A stretch of DNA of 64,000 bases. Source: Felis catus (Eukaryota). Within the stretch, counting starts at the first letter, position 1; the number at the start of each line of letters is the position of its first letter. The notes under the pieces are model-generated. The model was given only the letters and a program-made list of their open reading frames with translations, was not told the origin of the DNA and did not search any database. The stretch is from positions 206,524,001 to 206,588,000 of the forward strand of contig NC_058368.1 of NCBI RefSeq assembly GCF_018350175.1. Direction: 5' to 3'. The translations under genes and the position numbers were made by a program. Below, piece by piece: positions 38,201 to 49,338 of the stretch.

Positions 38201-38277
38201 GTAAATAGCTGCCAAGTCATTATTTCTGTGGGGCATAGGAACTGGGAACCTCCTCTTCTGTCATTTTGCTGATGTCC
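34509..38277 (-). mobile_element. L1 (L1MA8/9-like) with both ends and a large internal deletion
   Basis: 3'UTR at 34509; ORF2 relic (ORF 36294-36518 [13 protein letters not shown]); 5'UTR at 37935-38277; TSD tgaa(t/c)tattctttt. Confidence 0.85.
35197..35440 (-). mobile_element. Can-SINE inside L1
   Basis: (GA)n, ...ctacccaggcacccc. Confidence 0.95.
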
Positions 38278-38569
38278 TGAACTATTCTTTTCTGAGGATT
38301 CTTTTATTAAGTGAATTTTGAGAATGGAAGTTTTGCTTTTCTTTCCTCACTTGAAAATTCTTTCCCATCCACTGTCCTCATTTTCTGCTTTGGTCAACAT
38401 CTCAGTGTGGGGTATTTATTTTATCTTTAGGATTTCCTCACTGCATCAGACAGGCCATTTTTATTAAGCAAAGCTCCTATGCACTCTTGCCAAATAAAAT
38501 TGGACCTCAGATATTCCTCCCTCACAATACAAAGATTTTAGAAAACTTGGGCACCAATCGTCAATCATG

Positions 38570-38838
38570 CCCTCCTGGTTTATGTTATATTGTCTAGTAT
38601 TTAAGTGCTAAAGCTTGATTTTCACCATCCTTCCCCCATTATTATTACTATTTTTTATAGCTTATGTTAAATTTTGTCATATATTTGCCATTTTCTTTGC
38701 TCATCATTTCTTTTTATATTTCAGATTTTCTTTCTGGATCATTTTCCCCTTTCTTGAAACACACCCTTTAATCAGAAACTGGTAGAGAACAATGCTCAGT
38801 ATTATGCTTGCTTGAAAGTGTCTGTTTCATCCTCATTC
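38570..38838 (-). mobile_element. Old L1/HAL1 ORF1-region remnant
   Basis: tttgctcatcatttctttt...ctggatcattttcc...cttgaaagtgtctgtttcatcctcattc. Confidence 0.5.
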
Positions 38839-39033
38839 TGTCATGTGAGGAAACCCTGAGAAGTGGGCAGTCTGCAACCTAGAAGAGGACCCTTACCAGC
38901 TCTCAATCGTGCTGGCACCCTGTTCTTGGACTTCCAGTCTCCAGAAGTATGAGAAATTTATTTCTCTTCTGTTGTTTATATAAGTTACCCCACCTATGGT
39001 AGTTTGTTATATTAGCCTGAATGGGCTAAGTCA
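38839..39033 (+). mobile_element. MaLR LTR 3' half (MLT1A-like)
   Basis: tgctggcaccctgttcttggacttccagtctccagaa...gcctgaatgggctaag. Confidence 0.85.
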
Positions 39034-40262
39034 ACACTTGATCCATTTGTCAAAAAAATGAATGATGAAAATTCAGGATGGATGAAGAGGGACTTTCATA
39101 TTTTATCATTTGTTCCTTCTAAGAACTCTCATTCTGGCACAGGGGGGGACAAATATTGATCTGATTTGCAATGAAACCTCTTGCTTGATGATGGCACTAC
39201 TTTGGTGTTTCAGTGCCTTTCCACTGCAACCTGCCCTTAGGCTAACATACAGCTCCCTCCTTGTCGACTAACCAGAGGCAGAGGTAAGCAAGAAAAGTGT
39301 GTGATATCAGCAGCACTGACTTCTATGCCAAAGTCCTCATTAACCTTTAAACCTCTGGTGACCTCTAGGTGGTGTCCCAATGGAAAAATTGAGTCATTCA
39401 CTGAATCACACTGATAATGGTCACAACATCTACTTGATAGCTCATCAGTGCTCAAACATTACAGAATTTCCTCTTTATTTCTTTATGGTTATACATGTCA
39501 ACAGAAGTTCAAGGCAAGGGGTAGCCCAGGGAAATTTCCTGGGAGTTCTAGTCTCTTCTCCTCCTGTATGTGGTCAGCCCTCCTCTCAACATCATGGCAT
39601 AATAGTTGTATTAGCAGATCTCTTCTATGGTACAAGTTCAAGCCAGTAAAATCGAGCTGTGAGCTGAAGCTTGCAGTCTAAAAGATGTTTATGTTTATCA
39701 AACACCTTTATGGTTGGTAGGCTTATTGACATAGTCTCATGAAAGCCTCATTTCAGTGGCTTGTCTAATCACTAGTGTCATTATCCAGGTAGGAAGTGGC
39801 GCAGTTAGAGTTCATATTCAGATCCTCCAACTTCAGTACTAACCATTTTTCCACTTCAACACAGGCCTGGGGGCTTTTTTTTCCTGATTTTTGGTGATGT
39901 TACAGCTACTGGGGGAGACAGTCATAGATCTTGACTTCATAGATAGCATAGGGTAGACACAGCCATTGACACGGGTCACCTTCCTTTCCCTTTCGTGTCA
40001 CTATGAATGTCACATTTCAAATGCTGCTGCTCTGATTTCTTCATCTGACCTTCAATTTTCTGATGGATAGTTTGCTTGCTACTCTGTATTAATTTTAGTG
40101 GGTTCAAGTCCATCAGGTTGACAAGTCCATTTTGACCCTAAGAAAGGATTCTGGAAACCTGGGGATTTACAGGCAGCTGGTACAGACCTGTTGTATGATT
40201 CTGGAGAAGTTTCTTAATCATTTGGAGTCACTTTTCTTATTTACATGAAAAAGGTAGCCTAG

Positions 40263-40455
40263 ATCAATGATTTTTTAATGCTCCAGTTTTAATCACAAGA
40301 ATCCTTTTTCTGGGCACCAAATGAAATCTGACATGGGCCTTAGTATATCCCACAAACAGAATTAGTTTACTCTGGTTGAAGCAGGGATGGAGCCCAGTTC
40401 ATTGCCTTGTTCACTTTCCTGTTTCAGCTATTGTGGCTCTTGAGACACTGATCCA
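40263..40455. mobile_element. MER117-like hAT MITE
   Basis: aaatgaaatctgacatgg...ctctggttgaagcaggg. Confidence 0.5.
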
Positions 40456-40564
40456 AGTAGATGATTGCTAAATTACTATTATTAGTTGCTACAGGGCTTT
40501 TTAAACTGTTTACCAAATGCCTAATGCTGGGGGATTCTGAACTATTTCACATTTTCTGGACTTA

Positions 40565-41000
40565 CACTGTAGCTGGATGCCTGGGTTTGAATCCCTATCC
40601 TATTTCCTTATTATCCAAGCTGTCTTTGGCAAATCATTTAATCTTTATGCCTCTGTTTCTGTGTCTTTAAAATAAGGATAATAATAATAACTGCCTTAGG
40701 GGCACCTGAACGTCTAACTTCAACTCACGTCATGGTCTCGCCGTTCCCAAGTTTGAGCCCTGTGTCGGGCTCTGTACTGATAGCTCAAAGCCTGAAGCCT
40801 GTTTCAGATTCTGTGTCTCCCTCTCTGTCTGCCCCTCCCCTGCACTCGGTCTCTCTCTGTCTCTCAAAAATAAATAAACATTAAAAAATTTTTAAAGATA
40901 ATAGTACCCGCCTTATAGGTTTATTGTGAAGACTAAAATAGTTCATGTATGGGAAGCATTTAGAATAGTGGCTGGCACTATAGAAATAGTAGCTATTACT
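40565..41000 (+). mobile_element. MIR interrupted by a SINE
   Basis: gcctgggtttgaatccc...aagcatttagaatagtggctggcac. Confidence 0.8.
40699..40893 (+). mobile_element. Can-SINE lacking the A-box segment
   Basis: ggggcacctg joined directly to aacgtctaacttc. Confidence 0.92.
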
Positions 41001-41110
41001 CCTATGATCTTGATGATCTAGCAGGACTATGTAGGGAGTGGAAGCTTAATAGTGACCAGCTGGCTTCTGGAGAATACAGACCTGGAAGACCTTTTAGATG
41101 TCATGAGTTC

Positions 41111-41290
41111 CAGTGTCTCTTAAATTGATGTTTATAGAGGCTTTCCTGGGTCATTTGTTAAAATGCAGATCCTTGGACCTTACTGCTAGACTTACTCAGC
41201 CAGCATCTCCAAGGAAGCAATATGGAAATCTGGATTTATAACAAGAGTTCAATAAGATATTTATGAATAGGCAAGTTGCAAAATACATGG
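41111..41290. mobile_element. MER5B-like MITE within a minus-strand MIR (about 41070-41425)
   Basis: ttgttaaaatgcagatccttgg...ggaaatctggatttataacaag. Confidence 0.7.
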
Positions 41291-41459
41291 TGTCCAATTG
41301 TTGTATTTCACAGATGGGAAAGCTGAGTGCATGGAAGGAGAGATGGCTCACTCAAGGCCAGAGTTAGTGGTGGAAATGGTACTAGAACCCAGTTCCTGGT
41401 CCCTGGCTCAGTGCTACTGTCACTCATCTCTTTGTGATGGCTCTGCCATTTCTGTCCAG

Positions 41460-41551
41460 GTGTCTGAGATTCGCTCTACAGAAGGAGCATTTCTCAGGAC
41501 AACTTTACCAAAGCAGCATTTGGCTGTGAGCACAATTTACCTGCTGAAAGG
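41460..41551 (+). other. Candidate exon (92 nt; 96 nt with the alternative donor)
   Basis: ccatttctgtccag|G acceptor; AGG|gtatgt and tat|gtgagt donors; one open frame; not recognisably repeat-derived. Confidence 0.35.
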
Positions 41552-42989
41552 GTATGTGAGTTTCCTTCTTTAGGCAGATTTGAGTGCCCATGTTTATTCT
41601 TGACTTTGTGCTTCCAGGATAATGATCTCTGGGACCCCACGTGTCTTGAATGATCTCAAAGTCTGGGAATAGTCCTTGCTGTCCAGTTTGTGGAAGAATG
41701 AGCAATACATTTCAAAGTGCAAGTCAGTGCCAAGAGGGTCCCGGAGTGGGCAGATAGATAACATGAAAATGCCAAAGTGCTGACACACTTAACCAGTTTG
41801 CACCATGTGAACCACTTTGGAGCCTGAGGACAGAAACCAAAAATATGCTTCTGTTCAGAGGCAGCCAGTTATTACTAGTGCCGTTATTGTTATTATCATC
41901 ATCACTGCCACCATTCTTTTTCTCATAAACTTACAGGTGGGTGGTTGGGTGCTGTCTCTGGGAGCAGTCCTGCAGGGAGTAAAAGCTACGATGAATGTAG
42001 ACAAGTAAGTGTGGGAGCATGCCAGCCCGGTAACTCAGCATCTCCAGCTCAGACCACACTCTCAGCAACCCTGCCCACCAGCTTTGTTATCACTATGAAG
42101 TCAATTTTCCACACCCAGGACTTGTTCTAACAGTAAAGAACATAGAGAAATGCATAAAGTAAACTGATCCTGCAGGGGAATTCTTACCCTCTCCAGGGTA
42201 AGGGAGGAGAACAAAGGCTGGGGAAACCTGGACAAGGAAAGAGCAGCCCTTTATTCCTGGAGAGTAGGTGGAGACCTTGAACTTGAAGAGATGTAGAGAT
42301 CGGAAGATAAGATGTAATTGGAGTCCAGGTCCTCAGGGGAAGTGCCAATTTAAACTCTGTGGGTGGGATTGGACCTTACTTTCAGGTAGAAGAGGAAATT
42401 CAATTGAGTGCCTTAAAAAAAAAGAACAAAACTATTTATGTGTCCACTCTTACTCAGCCTTGTGTTGCTGCTGCAGATAACAAATCTCACTCTTCTCTGT
42501 AACATAGAAGATGCTGGAGCCTGATGGAAATTCGTGATTTTTTTTTTTTTTTGAAGGCAAAATTCTTGTCTCTAGTCTGAATTTTATAGACAGAGCCTGA
42601 GTTTGAGCTAAGGAGTGTAGGGGAGATTCCCAAGGTGTAAAATAGGGGAGATTTCATTTGTCCTCCTAGCTAGTCCCATTCTCCAGCCAAAAACTCATTT
42701 TAAGCTTCTTAACAGTTTACTTTATTTCTTCAATTGAGTAAATATTTGGCATGGCCTAAGTTAGAAGAGAAATGAAACATAGGACGTACAATTGCATGGT
42801 TTTTCCTAAACAGTCCTGGACTAAGCAACATTTCCCCACATTTACAGTGCAATTAATACTAATGTTCATGTTGATGACCATAAGGCACTAAAAGTTTCCA
42901 GAATATTTTCTTACTCCTTCAGCAATTTCAAATTATGTTCATTCAAGCTTTATTGTGGATTAATAAATATTTAGAAATAAGTTGAAAAT

Positions 42990-43120
42990 CAGAGATTCCA
43001 CGGTAGTCACCTCATTTTTCCGAAAAAGAAATGGAAAGGTAGAATAATTGACTTGCCTAAAGTCACTCAGACTGGTGAGTAGCGGAACTAAGATTACAAT
43101 TTAGGTCTTTTGATTCATTT
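42990..43120 (-). mobile_element. MIR remnant
   Basis: tgacttgcctaaagtcactcag. Confidence 0.6.
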
Positions 43121-43351
43121 ATGTATTCTAATCTTTTAAAATTCAGTCAGTTCATAGTATGGTGTTTCCTCTCTGGCAGGTTAAATTTGTGTTCTAGAAT
43201 GTGCTCAGCACTAAACGGTTTAATATGCTTGTGTGTGTGAGAGAGAGACAGCAAAAATTATAAGATATGGGACTTGTCCAAGTGCTTATAACCTAGTTGA
43301 GGATATGAGACCTATACAGGTCTACCTGCAGTAACGACTGGTAAAATTCCT

Positions 43352-43750
43352 TGGTGTTTCCCAAACTTTTATGTGCATGAGTATCACTGGGAATTTTGTT
43401 AAAATGCAGATTCTGATTCAGTAGTTCTGGGATAAGACCTGAAAGTCTGTATTTCTTAAATTTTTATTTTTTTAATGTTTTTATTTATTTTTGAGACAGA
43501 GAGACACAGAGCGTGAGCAGGGGAGGGGCACAGAGAGGGGGAGACACAGAATCCAAAGCAGGCTCCAGGCTCTGGGCTGTCAGCACAGAGCCGGATGCAG
43601 GGCTCGAACTCACAGACGGTGAGATCGTGACCTGAGCCAAAGTTGGATGCTTAACCGACTGAGCCACCCAGGCGCCCCTGAAAGTCTGTATTTCTAACAA
43701 AGTTTCAGGTGAAGCATTTGCTGTCAGAAGAGACATACTTTGAATAATGA
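43352..43750. mobile_element. MER5A-like MITE split by a SINE
   Basis: ttgttaaaatgcagattctgattcagtag...tctgtatttctaacaa. Confidence 0.8.
43457..43678 (-). mobile_element. Can-SINE
   Basis: Perfect TSD tgaaagtctgtatttct. Confidence 0.97.
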
Positions 43751-44016
43751 AGCAAGGCAGCAGATAATTAAGGGGTAAATTATGTAGTGTAATTATAAGA
43801 TATGAAAGAATTGAGAGTAATGAAGGGTAATCAGGGAAAGTTTCATGGAACACATGGAATTTGAGCTCATCTTGAATAATGGTCTGACTGAGTTGGTGAA
43901 GGTGTTGGGTGAAGGGATAAGGTGAGTAAAGCATAAAGGTACCAGGCAGGAAGGCGCAAACTGTGCCTGGAAGATGGGAGCAAACTTGCCCATTGGGATC
44001 AAATGGTGTAAGATGC

Positions 44017-44509
44017 TATGGCAGGCAGCCTCTGAGATGCCCCCATCTGACTCTTCCTGGGATTTATGCCCTTGTGCATGCCCTGGGGCTAGTGACTCCT
44101 TTCTGAGGAACAGAATTTAGCAAAAGCAATAGGATGCCATTTCCAAGATTAGGTGATTAAGGAGACTGACTTTCGTCCTGCTCCCTCTGATGCACCATCA
44201 CTTTGTCTAAAGGAGTGATGGACTGTCCTATAGAGAGGCCTGTGTAGCAAGGAGCTGGTGGGGTGTTTCCAGTCAACAGCCACCGAGGATCCAAGGCACG
44301 ACAAGAGCCATGTGAGTGAGGGAAGTCACTCCTGAGTCAGACCTTGAGATGACTGCAGCCTTGGCAGACACTGAGAGGCCGAGCCAGAGGACCCAGCTAA
44401 GCCATTCCCAGATTCCTGACCCACAGAAACTATACAGTAATTAACGTTTGTTGTTTTAAGTTGCTACATTTGGGAGTAGTTTGTTACAGAGCCATAGATA
44501 ACTAATACA
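44017..44509 (+). mobile_element. MaLR solo LTR (MLT1F-like)
   Basis: tggcaggcagcctctgagatg...cagattcctgacccacagaaact...gataactaataca. Confidence 0.9.
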
Positions 44510-44626
44510 GTTGGAAATGATTTGGAAGGAGAATGACGTCATGTGACATGTGATTTTTTGGAGCAGGGAAGGGCTTGAAAGACTGGCATAATTTGGACAT
44601 GATCTTAAAGCTGTGGTTAAGTTCTA

Positions 44627-44630
<4 letters not shown>

Positions 44631-44689
<59 letters not shown>

Positions 44690-44690
44690 A
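44631..44690. repeat. (CT)n(CA)n microsatellite
   Basis: Seen directly. Confidence 0.95.
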
Positions 44691-45033
44691 GCTTTATGGA
44701 GATATAATTCATATATCAAATAATTCACACACTCATTTTTTTTTTAGTATATTCACAGAGTTGTGAAACTCACTATAATCCATTTTTGGCTATTGTCATC
44801 ATCCTTCAAACAAACCCAGTACCTATCAGCCATCATACCCCATTTACCGCCAAAGCTCCCAGCCCAAAGTAACCACTAACCTATTTTCTGCCTCTATGGA
44901 TTTTTCTATTCTGGAAATTTCAGATGAATAGAATAATATATGACCTTTTTTCTGCATGTGGCTTCTTGTACTTAGCGTAATATTTCTAAGGTTTATCTGT
45001 GTTGTAGCTTATATCCGTATATTGTGACTTTTT

Positions 45034-45256
45034 TTTTTTAATTTTTTTTTTTCAATGTTTATTTATTTTTTGGGACAGAGAGAGACAGAGCATGAATGGG
45101 GGAGGGGCAGAGAGAGAGGGAGACACAGAATCGGAAACAGGCTCCAGGCTCTGAGCCATCAGCCCAGAGCCCGACACGGGGCTCGAACTGACAGACTGCG
45201 AGATCGTGACCTGGCTGAAGTCGGACGCTTAACCGACTGCGCCACCCAGGCGCCCC
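45034..45256 (-). mobile_element. Young felid SINEC_Fc
   Basis: Perfect TSD tattgtgacttttt. Confidence 0.97.
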
Positions 45257-45352
45257 TATTGTGACTTTTTACAGCCAAACAATATCACATCCTATGTATT
45301 TATCCCATTTTGCGTATTCCTTGATCAGTTCATGGATGTTTGGGTTATTTCT

Positions 45353-45984
45353 TTCTTTCTTTCTTTTTTTTTTTTTATAATTTACATCCAAATTAGTTAG
45401 CATATAGTGCAACAATGATTTCAGGAGTGGATTCCTTAGTGCCCCTTACCCATTTAGCCCATCCTCCCCTCCCACAACCCCTCCAGTAACCCTCAGTTTG
45501 TTTTCCATATTTATGAGTCTCTTCTGTTTTGTCCCCCTCCCTGTTTTTATATTCTTTTTGTTTCCCTTCCCTTATGTTCATCTGTTTTGTCTCTTAAAGT
45601 CCTCATGAGTGAAGTCATATGATGTTTGTCTTTCTCTGACTAATTTCACTTAGCATAATACCCTCCAGTTCCATCCACATAGTTGCAAATGGCAAGATTT
45701 CACTCTTTTTGATTGCCGAGTAATCCTCCATTGTATATATATATACCACATCTTCTTTATCCATTCATCCATCGATGGACATTTGGGCTCTTCCCATACT
45801 TTGGCTATTGTGGATAGTGCTGCTATAAACATGGAGGTGCATGTGTCCCTTCGAAACAGCACACCTGTGTCCCGTGCATAAATGCCTAGTAGTACAATCA
45901 CTGGGTTGTAGGGTAGTTCTATTTTTAGTTTTTTGAGGAACCTCCATACTGTTTTCCAGAGTGGCTGCACCAGCTTGCATTCCC
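45353..45984 (-). mobile_element. Young 5'-truncated felid L1
   Basis: ORF2 C-terminus [20 protein letters not shown]...WIKKMWYIY; 17-bp TSD atgtttgggttatttct. Confidence 0.95.
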
Positions 45985-46715
45985 ATGTTTGGGTTATTTC
46001 TACCTTTTAGCTGTTAGAATTAATGTTGTTATGAACTTTCTTCTGTGAGATTTTGTGTGGCTTGTGTTTTCATCTCCCTAGGGTATATGATGATTAGTAG
46101 AATTCCTGGGTCATATCATAACTCTATGTATAACATTTTGAGAGACTGTCAACTGTTTCCCAAAGCAACTGCACCATTTTACATTTTTACTAGTAAGTAT
46201 GAGGGTCCAATTTTTCCTCTTGTTGTCTGTCTTTTTAATTATACCTTATCCTTGTGGGTGTGAGGTGGTATGTCTTTGTGATTTTGATATCTCTGACTAA
46301 CAATGTCTGGCATCTTTTCATGTGCATGTTTTCCATTTGTATGTCCTCCTTGGAAAAATATCTGCTTAAATCCTTTGTCCATTTGTAAATTGGGCTATTT
46401 GTCTTTTTATTAGTAGTAGGTAGTTTTTTTTATATACTCTAGATACAAGTCTTTTGTCAGATCTGAGTTGCAAAAATATGCTCCCATTCTGTGGACTGTC
46501 TTTTGAAGATGTCCTTCAGAGTACAACCTGGTTTTAATTTAGATAAAGTCTGATTTATCTATTTTTACTTCAGTCACTTATGCTTTGGAGTTGTATCTAA
46601 GAAAACTTTGTCTTGCCCATGGTCACTAAGATTTAATCCTATGTTTTCTTCTAGGACCTCTGTAGTTTTAGTTCTTATGTTTAGGTCTACTATCCATTTA
46701 GAGCTAATTTTTGTG

Positions 46716-46800
46716 TCTTTCTGTCCCTCCCCCACTTACACTCTGTCTCTCTCTCAAAAATAAATAATAAAACCATTAACAACAACAAAACAATTTTTTA
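46716..46800 (+). mobile_element. Can-SINE 3' fragment
   Basis: ccctcccccacttacactctgtctctctctcaaaaataaa. Confidence 0.85.
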
Positions 46801-46953
46801 AATCTTTGGGAGAATTCACTAGTGAAACCAGCTGTGTCTGGGATTTTCTTTGTGGGAAGTTTTAGAATTATTAATGCTATTTCTTTACTTTCCAGAGCTC
46901 TATCCAGAATTTCTGTTTTTTATTTTGGTTTGGTTTTTGTAGTTTGTGTCTTT

Positions 46954-47168
46954 TTTCAAAAATATTTTTAATGTCTATTTATTTTTGAGAGAGAGAGACA
47001 GGGCAGAAGCAGAGGATGGGCAGAGAGAGAGGGAGACACAGAACCTGAAGCAGCTCCAGGCTCTAAGCTCTAGCATAGAGCCTGACTTGGGGCTGGAACC
47101 CACAGACTGTGAGATCATGACTTGAGCCAAAGTCAGGCGCTTAACAGACTGAGCTACCCAGGCGCCCC
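46954..47168 (-). mobile_element. Can-SINE
   Basis: TSD tgtagtttgtgtcttt. Confidence 0.95.
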
Positions 47169-47633
47169 AGTGTAGTTTGTGTCTTTCCAAGAGTTTCTCC
47201 ATTTAATCTAAGCTATCTAATTTGTTGGCATGGGTTTACAATATTCTTTTAATCCCTTTGAATTTTGTGAGGTCAGTATTGATGTCTCCTTTCTCATTTC
47301 TGATTTTAGTAATTTGAATCTTCTCTCATTTTTTCTTGGTTAATACAGCTAAAAGTTTGTCAATATTGTTTATCTTCTCAAACGACCAACTTTGGTTTCA
47401 TTAATTTTTCATTTTTTTATTCCCTATTTCAATAGTTTCCAGTCTAACGCTTATCATTTCATTCCCTTTTGCATGCTTTGGCTTAACTTAATTTCCTTTT
47501 TCAGTATCTTAAGGTGAAGGTTAAGTTACTACTTTGAGATTTTTTTTTTTCAAATACAGGCATTTTCAACTATTTTCCTCTAAGCATTGCTTTATTTGCA
47601 TATTGTAAGTTTAATGTATCGTGCTTTTATTTT

Positions 47634-47848
47634 TATTATTTTTATTTTTTTTCAACATTTATTTATTTTTGGGACAGAGAGAGACAGAGCATGAACGGGG
47701 GAGGGGCAGAGAGAGAGGGAGACACAGAATCCGAAACAGGCTCCGAGCCATCAGCCCAGAGCCTGACGCGGGGCTCGAACTCACGGACCACGAGATCGTG
47801 ACCTGGCTGAAGTCGGACGCTTAACCGACTGCGCCACCCAGGCGCCCC
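47634..47848 (-). mobile_element. Young felid SINEC_Fc
   Basis: TSD ttaatgtat(c/t)gtgctttt; CpGs retained. Confidence 0.97.
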
Positions 47849-48855
47849 TTAATGTATTGTGCTTTTATTTTCATTCATCTCAAGGATTTTTAAATTTCTC
47901 TCATTATTTCTTCTTTGACCCACTGGCTGTTTAGGAAGGTGTTATTTAATTTGTACATATATGCAAATCTTCTAAATATCTTTCTGTTATTGATTTCTAA
48001 TTTCATTCCATTATGGTTAGCAGACACACTTGTATGATTTCAATCTTTTTAAATTTATTGAGGCTTGTTTTCTCATCTAGCATATATGGTGGATCTTGGA
48101 GAAATTTTCATGTGTGCTTGGGAAGAATGTGTATCTACAGCTGTTGGTTAGAGCATTTTATAGATGTGTGTTAAATCTACTTTTGTAGTGTTGTTCAATT
48201 CTGTTTTCTTTTTGATCTTCTCTCTAGTTTTTCTATCCTTTTAGAAAGAAATAACAATTATTGTTGTTAAATCATTTGTTCCCCCCTTCAATTCTGTCAC
48301 TTTTTGCTTTATGTATTTTGGGGGATTTAGTTGTTAAATGTATATGTTTATAATTGCTATATTTCTGGTGGATTGGCCATTTTATCATTATGAAGTATCT
48401 ATCTATCAACTTTTGCGTTGCTGTTTTGCCTGATATTAGTATATCTACTCAAGCTTTCTTGTGGTTGTTGTTTGCATCACATTTTTTCCTATCCTTTTAC
48501 TTTCAGTCTTTTATATATTTGAATATGTAGGGCAAATAGGTGGATCTTGTATTTTATCCAGTCTGACAATCTCTGACTTCCATTGAATTGTTTAACTCAT
48601 TTACATTTAATACTATTATTGGTATAGTTGGATTTATATTTGCTATTTTACTTTTTTTGTTTTTTATATATTTCCTCTGTTTTATGTTTCTCCTTTGCTG
48701 CTTTCTTTTATATTAAATGAATAGTTTCTAGTGTAAAATTTTAATTCCTTTAATGAATTTTTTTCACTATTTTTAAGTTATTTTCTGGTAAAATAGAGAA
48801 GTTCCTTGTGTGTGGGAAAATAGAATTATTGGGTGAGATTGCCAATATATATATA

Positions 48856-49074
48856 TTTAAGTTTATTTATTTTGCTATCTACCTATCTATCTGTCTATAG
48901 AGAGAGAGAGCAAGTAGGGATGGGCAGAGAGAGAAGGAGAGAAGGAATTCCAAGCAGGCTCCATGCGATTAGCATAGAGCCTGACGTGGGGCTCGATCTC
49001 ACAAACCATGAGATCATGACCTAAGGCGAAATCAAGAGTTGGATGCTTAACTGACTTAGCCACTCAGGCACCCC
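48856..49074 (-). mobile_element. Can-SINE (older)
   Basis: gaaatcaagagttggatgc...caggcacccc. Confidence 0.93.
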
Positions 49075-49184
49075 AGTTTACCAATATTTATTAAACATCA
49101 GGTGCAGGAAATTATATGTGTATATGTGGAGGGAGACAGACAGAGAGGAGGCAGATGTATTTTTCATATTTTTGATTCTTGTAG

Positions 49185-49338
49185 AAATATTGAGGGGAGA
49201 ATTGTGCAAGGTTGAGGGAAGAGGTGTTGGAAGACCATGAAGATACTTCTAGCAATAACTTCTAATTTTATATCATAGCAAGTAGAAAGTCTTCTAGTAA
49301 GCTGACATCTATCCAAGAGGGTAGCTTACAGATACCAG
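49185..49338 (+). other. Candidate non-coding exon (154 nt)
   Basis: ttttcatatttttgattcttgtag acceptor; CAG|gtaagt donor; stops in all 3 frames. Confidence 0.25.

Larger units (their letters stand above)
43140..43975 (-). mobile_element. L2 3' relic interrupted by MER5A and a SINE
   Basis: aatcagggaaagtttcatgga...atttgagctcatcttgaa. Confidence 0.55.
44690..48790 (-). mobile_element. L1MB-type element (3'UTR plus ORF2 relic) with nested insertions
   Basis: cagctttatggagatataattc...aaccactaacctatttt; antisense ORF2 text to about 48790. Confidence 0.85.

Noticed and set aside
39062..39163. ATGATGA...CTGA C/D snoRNA-like boxes
   Set aside because: No convincing terminal stem or guide; likely a chance GAATGA-type repeat.
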